Source: Planctomycetota bacterium (GTDB lineage: Bacteria; Planctomycetota; DG-23; DATKVD01). Taken from it: a DNA stretch of 64,000 nt. A program made the position numbers and the translations under genes. Below the pieces are notes generated by a model. The model ran no database searches. It was not told the origin of the DNA and was given only the letters and a program-made list of their open reading frames with translations. This document shows positions 63,389-64,000 of this stretch, one piece after another. The stretch lies in NCBI GenBank assembly GCA_037439485.1, contig JBBIVY010000003.1, positions 1,452-65,451 on the forward strand. Reading direction: 5' to 3'. Position 1 is the stretch's first letter. Each line of letters begins with the position of its first letter.

Positions 63389-63975
63389 TCCATGCCTTGG
63401 GGGGTATAATCCATGTCGCGCGTGACGATCAATTTATCCAGCTTCACGCCCGCCTCGCGGTTGAGCACTTCGAGCATGTTCTCGCCCTTCTTGAGGTCGT
63501 AGAGCGCCGGGGCGGCCTTCCAGTCCCATCGGTCGTAGGTGCCGTCTCCGCCGAACTGCACGGGGGCGCCGCCGTTGACGACGAAGGTCCACGAGTTGCC
63601 GCAGCCGTCGCGCCAGAACTTCCGTCCCCAGATGCGGTACTGGCCGTCCTCGGGAACATTGAACTTGTAGATCGCCGCGCCCCAGCGCGCCGGATACTTC
63701 TTGCCGTTCTCGCCCGCGACTTCCCCGTTGGGCTTGCCGGCGTCGCCTTCCACCTTGATGCACCTGCCGCCCGACGCCGTGGCGTCGTTGTCGACCTCCA
63801 CGGGTTTCTCGAACATGCCGGCGCTTTCCGCCTCGATGACGATGCGCGCGGTCGCGGCCGTCTCGTGCTCGTGCACCTTCGGGACCGCGGGGGCCGGAGT
63901 GTCGTTATTGCCGCCGCCACAGCCGGCGAGGGCGAGGGCGAAGACGGCGGCGAAGGCTGATTGGGTGCGCGTCAT
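63385..63975 (-). CDS. lipoprotein with beta-sandwich (carbohydrate-binding-module-like) domain; first gene of cluster in window
   Basis: 196 aa; lipobox ALALAGC; IVIEAESAGM...GGRCIKVEGDAGKPNG...WGRKFWRDGCGNSWTFVV region resembles CBM-like folds (family unresolved). Confidence 0.6.
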   Translation of the reverse strand: MTRTQSAFAAVFALALAGCGGGNNDTPAPAVPKVHEHETAATARIVIEAESAGMFEKPVEVDNDATASGGRCIKVEGDAGKPNGEVAGENGKKYPARWGAAIYKFNVPEDGQYRIWGRKFWRDGCGNSWTFVVNGGAPVQFGGDGTYDRWDWKAAPALYDLKKGENMLEVLNREAGVKLDKLIVTRDMDYTPQGME

Positions 63976-64000
63976 GGGGTTTCTCTCCTTCGGGTCACTT

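Noticed and set aside
46283-63409. Numerous + strand ORFs across the minus-strand cluster (e.g. 46283-47620, 48237-49853, 49321-51093, 50868-52100, 52493-53437, 52861-53799, 55824-56678, 56789-57733, 57754-58539, 58481-59563, 59536-60450, 62250-63323)
   Set aside because: All antisense to genes with strong family signatures; compositionally biased

Overview
This is a high-GC bacterial chromosomal segment of about two-thirds G+C, densely coded. I support 55 protein-coding genes (one truncated at the 5' edge) and found no rRNA, tRNA, CRISPR array, transposase or integrase.

The overall gene content is compatible with a PVC-group or Planctomycetota-like organism, but that cannot be proven from the sequence alone. 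The pointers are the fused SecDF, the many prepilin-type genes, PPDK and the numerous GTAG-associated palindromic repeats.

Housekeeping and accessory content, in order:
- 661-3795 (-): a very large secreted protein with two fibronectin type III repeats.
- 4339-5869 (+): two tandem esterase-D-like genes.
- 5959-8697 (-): pyruvate phosphate dikinase.
- 9076-23633 (+): a type IV pilus / type II secretion-like operon, described below.
- 23677-27271 (+): a NUDIX hydrolase, a rhomboid protease, thrC and dapB.
- 27437-33855 (-): tgt, a polysaccharide deacetylase, a SpoIID/LytB protein, queH, a hicB-hicA pair and ruvB-small ORF-ruvA.
- 33984-39803 (-): a TPR protein carrying two RNA polymerase alpha-CTD-like domains, an MFS transporter, a TIM-barrel glycoside-hydrolase-like protein and a secreted SGNH hydrolase.
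- 39985-40488 (+): a small secreted Cys-repeat protein with a near-consensus sigma70 promoter and a strong terminator.
- 40913-44544 (+): yajC and a fused secDF.
- 44828-46156 (+): a four-LysM membrane protein.

The pilus locus comprises two PilB/GspE-like assembly ATPases, PilT, PilC, five prepilin-type proteins and a 1285-aa GspK/PilX-like giant with repeated Asp-rich calcium-loop motifs.

The most unusual system is a single-strand cluster of about 17.6 kb at 46331-63975 (-) whose genes have overlapping stop and start codons. It couples a minimal dedicated acyl/polyketide module to glycan-assembly genes. The acyl module is a KS plus a Cys-less KS-like partner, a stand-alone ACP, an SDR ketoreductase and 2-oxoacid dehydrogenase E1 alpha/beta. 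It also includes a lipoyl + E3-binding-domain protein that lacks the E2 catalytic domain. The glycan genes are one GT2, three GT4, a MurJ/MOP flippase and a Wzy_C ligase/polymerase-like protein. Three alpha/beta hydrolases and a lipoprotein complete the cluster. It is a candidate biosynthetic system for a novel surface glycolipid or lipo-oligosaccharide.

The intergenic DNA carries several families of REP-like palindromic elements, many flanked by GTAG/CTAC. In four cases the element overlaps the stop codon of the upstream gene, and in three of these the CTAC supplies the TAG. There is also a roughly 120-bp inverted-repeat MITE-like element in two copies, one of them between yajC and secDF.
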